Made by a program: the position numbers and the translations under genes. The notes below the pieces were generated by a model. It did not search any database and was not told the DNA's origin. It saw only the letters and a program-made list of their open reading frames with translations. A stretch of 64,000 bases of DNA from a virus: positions 1 through 64,000 of the IMG/VR virus record IMGVR_UViG_3300028800_000005; one strand, 5' to 3'. Shown here piece by piece: positions 58,841 to 64,000 of the stretch. Numbering within the stretch: position 1 is the stretch's first letter; each line of letters starts with the position of its first letter.

Positions 58841-59662
58841 ATGGCCCGAGCACTGCGCCGTAGCGTTAACCCAGAGCCCGAGGACGAGGAGGAGGTCGAG
58901 GAGCGCGCCGAAAGCCGTCGCCTCTCGAAGTCCGCTGGCCGTCGCACCCGTAACGTCGAGCCCGAGGACGACGACGAGGACGAGGAGGACGAGCCGCGCG
59001 GTGGATTCCGTAGCCGGTCTTCCAAGCGTCGTTCTTCCCGGGACGACGAGCCCCTTAGTTCTTCTCTCGGCAGCGGCTGGGACGCCTACAAGAAGAACAA
59101 GGCTAAGTCCAGCAAGTTCAACAGTGAGGACCAGTTCAAGGTCCCGATGCTTCCCAAGGAAGACGAGGCTCTTATCCTTTTCCTTGAGGAGAAGCCTTTC
59201 GCTACCTACAATGAGCACGGCGTTGGCCAGGGCAAGGGGTACCGAGCGTACGTCTGCCTAGGGGATGACTGCCCGTTCTGTGAGTTTGGGGACTCTCCCG
59301 GGTACCGTGCCGTCTTTAACATCGCCGTCTTCGACGACGACGGGAACGCGTCCGTCAAGTACTGGACGGCCACCCCGGCTCCACTGGACGAGATCGAGGA
59401 GCATGCCTTCAACGATCGTTACGGCCCGCTTAACAAGCCAGGGAACTACTACGTGGTCTCCAAGAAGGAGCAGAAGAACCACTTCAACAAGTTCAAGGTC
59501 GAGCGGGTCACTGAGGACCAGGTTCGCGCCGAGTTCGAGATCGAGCCGATGTCAAAGGACGAGATCAATGAGCTGCGGGACGAGATGTTCGCGGCGAAGG
59601 ACGTCGTCCGGGTCAAGACCCGGCGTGAGCTGCGCGAGGCCGCGAAGGACGCTGAGGACTGA
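58841..59662 (+). CDS. Single-stranded DNA-binding protein (gp32-like, Zn-binding)
   Basis: Charged disordered N-terminus, FLE..PF..Y.EH, C....CPFC, FNI; located before polymerase. Confidence 0.65.
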   Translation: MARALRRSVNPEPEDEEEVEERAESRRLSKSAGRRTRNVEPEDDDEDEEDEPRGGFRSRSSKRRSSRDDEPLSSSLGSGWDAYKKNKAKSSKFNSEDQFKVPMLPKEDEALILFLEEKPFATYNEHGVGQGKGYRAYVCLGDDCPFCEFGDSPGYRAVFNIAVFDDDGNASVKYWTATPAPLDEIEEHAFNDRYGPLNKPGNYYVVSKKEQKNHFNKFKVERVTEDQVRAEFEIEPMSKDEINELRDEMFAAKDVVRVKTRRELREAAKDAED

Positions 59663-59829
59663 TGCCGGGAAAGCAGATCAACGACTGGCAATTGCAGTCC
59701 CTTGTTGGTGCGCTGGAAGCGGCTGCCTCGAATGACATCCGGGATTTCGAATGGGGAAGTGAGGGCACGAGCTACCAGGTGCACTGGGATGACTCCGCAG
59801 AGGAGCACTACATCATCCTGGCTGACTAA
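59662..59829 (+). CDS. Hypothetical protein (55 aa)
   Basis: TGATG and TAATG coupling. Confidence 0.5.
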   Translation: MPGKQINDWQLQSLVGALEAAASNDIRDFEWGSEGTSYQVHWDDSAEEHYIILAD

Positions 59830-59969
59830 TGCCTGAGTTCCGATACCCGTACTACGAGCGGGGACCAGACGGCAAGGCGGTGCCCAGGGAGATCATAGTC
59901 GTCGCTGCCACCGAGGAAGACGCGCTTGCTCTGGCAGTAGCGGAATTCCAGCTCCGGATAAACGGATGA
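59829..59969 (+). CDS. Hypothetical protein (46 aa)
   Basis: Coupled both sides; V.AATEEDA motif. Confidence 0.5.
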   Translation: MPEFRYPYYERGPDGKAVPREIIVVAATEEDALALAVAEFQLRING

Positions 59970-61930
59970 CCGGGAACATTGTCTTCACGGCCGAGCACCT
60001 TCGCTCGGTCGTGGAGCATTTCCTGAAGCAACCTGCGTTCGCATGGGACGTAGAGACAGTCGGGGACCACCGGGGGACGCCCGCGCTGAACACGGTCACC
60101 TGGATCTCCATGGCGACGCACGGCATGACCGTGGTCATCCCCTGTGGTCACCCTCTCGGGACGAAGATCATCGGGACGACTAAGGAACCACGCAAGGACA
60201 AGACCGGGAAGACTAAGTTCTTCACCGTCCCGATCTACGAGGACCCCCCCGAGCAGTTGTCCATCGGGACAGTGGCTGAAATACTGCGCCCGCTGTTCTT
60301 CACCGAGGGCATCACAAAGATCGCGCATGAGGCGACGTTCGACACCGGGTCGATCACTAAGTACTTTGACGGGGAGATATTCCCGGGCCCGTACGACGAC
60401 ACCAAGGTCATCATGCGCCTGCTGGACGAGAACACGGCGCAGAAGGACAACGGGCTTAAGGCTTGGACCAAGAGGATATTCGGGGCCGAGTACGATCACG
60501 AGAACGTCGGCAAGCGGGTAGAGATCCACCCGTTCGACAAGGTCGCCCACTACAGTTACATGGACGCGCTGTACACCTGGCTGCTCTGGTTGCAGAAGTT
60601 CCCCCGGATTGAGCGGGAGGGACTGACGGAGGCGTGGAAGGTCGACGTCGACCTTATCCCTGTTCTCACGGACATGCGGCTTAACGGGGCACACATGGAC
60701 GTCCCCAGCCTGGAGAGTACCCAGGAGGAAATGGGTTCGCGGATGGTACTCCAGGAGGCGGACTGTTACCGTGCTGCCGGGAAGGAATTCAACCTGAATT
60801 CCCCGCCGCAGAAGCAGAAGATCCTGTTCGGCCCGAAGGCAGAAGGGGGACAGGGCCTCAAGCCCTGGAAGCAGACGGACAAGGGCGGCTGGTCGACGGA
60901 CGCTGACGTCCTGGCGAGCTACCCGACGAACCCAGTCTGCAAGGCACTGCTGGCCTATGCCGACACGCACAAGCTCTTGAGCACGTACATCAATTCCTGG
61001 CTAGGGGAACCAGGGAACCCCAAGAAGCCCTGCCTTATCACGGACGGGTTCCTTTACACGGAATTCCAGCAGCACGGTACCGTGACCGGGAGGTTCAGCG
61101 GGCGGACCCCGAACCTCCAGAATATCCCCCGGCCTGACAAGCCGTACGGAAAGCTAATCCGTGGCGCGTTCGACGCCCTGCCCGGTCATAAGCTAGTCGT
61201 CGCTGACTACGGTCAGATTGAACTGGTCATCCTGGCGCACATGCTAGGCAAGGGCAAGCTCTACGATGGTTTCATGCACGGCGTCGACCCCCACACCGCG
61301 CACGCCGCTGGTGTGCTGCACAAGAAGCCGTTCATCACTAAGGACGGGGGCAAGGACGGGGGCATTACCCCGGCCGAGCGCCAGAAGTACGGTAAGACCC
61401 TGGGATTCACGATCGTTAACGGCGCGGGCTGGAAGACGATCGCGGAGACGGCCGGGGTATCGGGCAAGGAAGCCAAGAAGATCCAGGAGGACTACGACAC
61501 CGAGTTCCCAGAGACCGACCGGCTCAAGATAAAGCTGATCAAGCAGGCCATGTCCGTCTCCGGGGTGCCGTACATCCGGACTCCTATTCTCGGGCGGAAG
61601 CGCAGGCTGCGCGGGCTGTTCTCTGACGACTACGGCACGCGCGGGTACAATGAGCGCCAGTTGTTCAACACCATGATCCAGGGTGGAGCGGCCGAGCTTA
61701 TGAAGCTCGCACTGATACGGGTCTACTGGGCATTGAAGGAGCAGGTCCCCGAGGCCAGGCTTAGCCTCACCGTGCACGACGAGATGGTAGTCATGTGCCC
61801 GGAGGACAAGGCCGAGGCAGTGCGGAAGATCGTTATTTGGGCCATGACCGGCGGGGGAATTCAGGACCGCGTCAAGGTACCCTTGAATGTCGACTGCAAG
61901 ATAGTTGACCGTTGGGCAGATGCTAAGTGA
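59966..61930 (+). CDS. polA: Family A DNA polymerase with 3'-5' exonuclease
   Basis: DVET, FNLNSP.Q, TVTGRFS...PNLQNIP, DYGQIEL, NTMIQG.AA, VHDE. Confidence 0.93.
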   Translation: MTGNIVFTAEHLRSVVEHFLKQPAFAWDVETVGDHRGTPALNTVTWISMATHGMTVVIPCGHPLGTKIIGTTKEPRKDKTGKTKFFTVPIYEDPPEQLSIGTVAEILRPLFFTEGITKIAHEATFDTGSITKYFDGEIFPGPYDDTKVIMRLLDENTAQKDNGLKAWTKRIFGAEYDHENVGKRVEIHPFDKVAHYSYMDALYTWLLWLQKFPRIEREGLTEAWKVDVDLIPVLTDMRLNGAHMDVPSLESTQEEMGSRMVLQEADCYRAAGKEFNLNSPPQKQKILFGPKAEGGQGLKPWKQTDKGGWSTDADVLASYPTNPVCKALLAYADTHKLLSTYINSWLGEPGNPKKPCLITDGFLYTEFQQHGTVTGRFSGRTPNLQNIPRPDKPYGKLIRGAFDALPGHKLVVADYGQIELVILAHMLGKGKLYDGFMHGVDPHTAHAAGVLHKKPFITKDGGKDGGITPAERQKYGKTLGFTIVNGAGWKTIAETAGVSGKEAKKIQEDYDTEFPETDRLKIKLIKQAMSVSGVPYIRTPILGRKRRLRGLFSDDYGTRGYNERQLFNTMIQGGAAELMKLALIRVYWALKEQVPEARLSLTVHDEMVVMCPEDKAEAVRKIVIWAMTGGGIQDRVKVPLNVDCKIVDRWADAK

Positions 61931-61954
61931 TATGCTTGCGGCGATAGGAGACTA

Positions 61955-62389
61955 ATGGCGAACGACATGGAACAACCGATTGACCTGACTCCGCTGCTGA
62001 AGACGCGGCTAGCCTGGGACCTGCTGCCTCATGAGGAAATGCACGCGTGGATGGAGAAGCTCGGACTGACTCCGGCGAACAAGGATGTCTCGGACATGGA
62101 GCACAAGGAGGCCCACGGAAGGGCCCAGCTCGCGGCTCCTATTTCCCGCCTTGTCGACGCGTACGTCGCAGTTATCTCAGAGATCCAGGCCGCGTACCTC
62201 GGAGAGCACGCTGAGGCTAACCAGGATCAGCTTGAGGCGTTCACGGAGGACGCGTTCATGCTCGGCCGCGCCGCTGCCCTGGCCGTCCTGGTGGAGTTCC
62301 TGGCGGACGGGGTTCTGGTTTACGGCCCGGAGCTAGTCCAGGGTCTATTGGAACTTGCTGAAGAACGAGAAGACGAGGACGAGAAATGA
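61955..62389 (+). CDS. Hypothetical protein
   Basis: SD AGGAG; acidic helical protein. Confidence 0.65.
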   Translation: MANDMEQPIDLTPLLKTRLAWDLLPHEEMHAWMEKLGLTPANKDVSDMEHKEAHGRAQLAAPISRLVDAYVAVISEIQAAYLGEHAEANQDQLEAFTEDAFMLGRAAALAVLVEFLADGVLVYGPELVQGLLELAEEREDEDEK

Positions 62390-62964
62390 GCTTTTGGGAC
62401 CGCGCGCTCGGGACCCCGGCCCGCCCGAACGTAGCCCCGGCCCCCCAGCCGGGATGGGTTGCCCCTCAGCGGCCCCAGATGCCCCCTCAGGGCTACCCGC
62501 CGCAGCAACAGGGGTACCAGCAAGGCTACCAGCAGCCATACCCCCAGCAGGCCCCTCAGGGACCGGGCAGTGGCCTCCCCCCGCAGTTCCAGGGCCTGGC
62601 CATTCAGCCAACGAAGAACGCCGAGGACCAGCAGGCCGGGTACACTGCCGCGACACAGGGGTACATCAGGAAGCCACCTGACTGGGTGCGTAATCAGGCT
62701 TCGGAGCGCTGCCCCGAGTGCAACGGGGTTAACTTCGCGCGGCACGGGCAGGGTGAGGGAACCTACGGGAAGCTGCGCCGGACGACTGCGGGCGCTGTTG
62801 AATTCGGGCACTGTTTCGATTGCGGGTACACGATGAACGGCGGGAACCCCATGAGCGATGCCCAGATCGGGAACTCGCACTCACATGGCCTGTCAAATTC
62901 CAGCGGGACGGTTAAGGCTACCCGCCAGCCGCACGGGCTCAAGAATTTCTACGTGATATCGTGA
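62386..62964 (+). CDS. Pro/Gln-rich protein with C4 zinc ribbon
   Basis: SFW..ALG start, PQQG low-complexity tract, CPEC...CFDCGY. Confidence 0.7.
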   Translation: MSFWDRALGTPARPNVAPAPQPGWVAPQRPQMPPQGYPPQQQGYQQGYQQPYPQQAPQGPGSGLPPQFQGLAIQPTKNAEDQQAGYTAATQGYIRKPPDWVRNQASERCPECNGVNFARHGQGEGTYGKLRRTTAGAVEFGHCFDCGYTMNGGNPMSDAQIGNSHSHGLSNSSGTVKATRQPHGLKNFYVIS

Positions 62965-63122
62965 CCTCCGACCAGCTCAGGGAGCTGGCGGGCATCACGG
63001 GAGTACGAAAGCTAAGCGACCACACTACTACTGTCGTCTTCCCAAATGGTGCCGCCCGCCCTGCCACGTCCCTTGAAGTCCGACTCTGGCATATTTTGAC
63101 TAGCATGGCCCAGGAGGAATAA
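62961..63122 (+). CDS. Hypothetical protein (53 aa)
   Basis: GTGA overlap; RPAT..E..LW motif. Confidence 0.45.
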   Translation: MTSDQLRELAGITGVRKLSDHTTTVVFPNGAARPATSLEVRLWHILTSMAQEE

Positions 63123-63125
63123 ACT
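63096..63125 (+). promoter_or_regulatory. SigA-type promoter TTGACT-N18-TAAACT
   Basis: Upstream of recA-like gene. Confidence 0.55.
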
Positions 63126-63151
63126 AAGGCCAGACCTAGGAGGAATTATTT

Positions 63152-64000
63152 ATGGCCCTCAGTACTGAGGTTCTCACCTGGATGGCCCGCCTGAACAAGG
63201 ATATCGGGCCGGACACCATTGTCCGGGCATCGGACATCGTGGTAGCCCACCGATTCACTTCCGGTAGCCTAGCCCTTGATGTAGCACTCGGCGGTGGCTG
63301 GCCAGGTAACCAGGCCGTTGAAGTCATCGGTAACGAGTCCAGCGGGAAGACGTACACCGTACTTAAGACCATCGCCGCTAACCAGAAGATCGATAAGGAA
63401 TTCACGACCTTCTGGGTCGCGGCCGAGCACTACTCTCCGGAGCAGGCCGCTGCCCTTGGCGTCGACAACGACAGGGTAGTCGTCGCCCCGGCCGCACAGC
63501 AGGCCGAGGTCGGCCTTGACCTCATGCTGGACGCCCTGGAATCCAAGCTCTATGACTGCGTCGTCCTAGACTCATTCCCCGCCCTCATTCCCAGGGAAGA
63601 GGACGAGAAGGCGATGAACGAGGCCGTCGTGGCTACCGGGGCGAAGCTGTTCAACAAGTTCTGGCGCAAGTACGGGACCTCGTCACACAGGAACAGCGAC
63701 GGAACCGAGCGCCCCTACCTCCTTATCGTCATCAATCAGTTCCGTGACAAGGTCGGCGGGTTCCAGAAGTTCGGTGTCCCTCAGACTACTCCGGGGGGAC
63801 ACGGCAAGGACTACGCGTTCTACACCCGGGTAAAGGTCGCCCGCGACGAGTGGATAACGGAGAAGCGCCCCGGCCTGCCGGACCCGGTGATTGTCGGTCA
63901 GGTCATGGCCTACAAGACGACCAAGAACAAGTCCGCCTCGCCGCAGCAGACCGCTAAGGTGCGCGCCTTTACCCGGAACGCTCCCCTTCTCGGGTTCCAC
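63152..64000 (+). CDS. recA: RecA/UvsX-like recombinase (partial, runs off window end; absent from ORF track)
   Basis: SD AGGAGG; SGSLALDVALGGGWP, GNESSGKT, VVLDS, INQFRDKVG, TTPGG. Confidence 0.92.
   Translation, partial: MALSTEVLTWMARLNKDIGPDTIVRASDIVVAHRFTSGSLALDVALGGGWPGNQAVEVIGNESSGKTYTVLKTIAANQKIDKEFTTFWVAAEHYSPEQAAALGVDNDRVVVAPAAQQAEVGLDLMLDALESKLYDCVVLDSFPALIPREEDEKAMNEAVVATGAKLFNKFWRKYGTSSHRNSDGTERPYLLIVINQFRDKVGGFQKFGVPQTTPGGHGKDYAFYTRVKVARDEWITEKRPGLPDPVIVGQVMAYKTTKNKSASPQQTAKVRAFTRNAPLLGFH

Noticed and set aside
528-64000. Long minus-strand ORFs (e.g. 3224-4393, 17615-18559, 38833-39915, 59852-60970)
   Set aside because: Antisense shadows of GC-rich + strand genes with no recognisable motifs or RBS
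1-64000. tRNA genes (especially tRNA-Leu UAA), integrase, endolysin
   Set aside because: None recognised by eye, and intergenic gaps are short. A tRNAscan/Aragorn run on the full genome is needed, since a phage tRNA-Leu(UAA) would affect the bypass model.

Overview
The whole window is a segment of a large, GC-rich tailed phage genome with a contractile tail. The host is most likely an actinobacterium, and the gene order resembles Bxz1/E3-type myoviruses. Essentially all genes lie on the + strand. Order: a host-takeover cassette (Arr-like ADP-ribosyltransferase, proteasomal ATPase ARC/Mpa with an intact C-terminal GQYL, G1 glutamic peptidase); terminase; EndoVII; head/tail fibres; HNH; portal; scaffold; major capsid; neck genes with two embedded glyco-modification enzymes; sheath; tube; tape measure; baseplate and fibres; then a replication arm (HTH initiator with iteron-like repeats, DnaB-like helicase, primase, SNF2 helicase, SSB, Pol A, RecA). 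Top observations: (1) The portal gene is broken near its 5' end by two matched-codon cassettes, TTC-TTA-cc-TTC (8 nt, frame-changing) and TCC-TTA-gcg-TCC (9 nt, in frame). They hold the only in-frame TTA codons I found by manual scan, which points to rare-codon-triggered translational bypassing gating virion assembly. (2) A candidate ~72-nt minus-strand sRNA has its own promoter and terminator and displays an anti-Shine-Dalgarno loop, CCUCCUCCU. (3) The phage encodes a Pup-proteasome ATPase. (4) A recurring ACA(A/G)T-N17-TAnnnT promoter motif occurs four times, one copy inside a 20-bp hairpin that abuts the terminase start codon. All product calls come from motif recognition by eye; no database searches were run.
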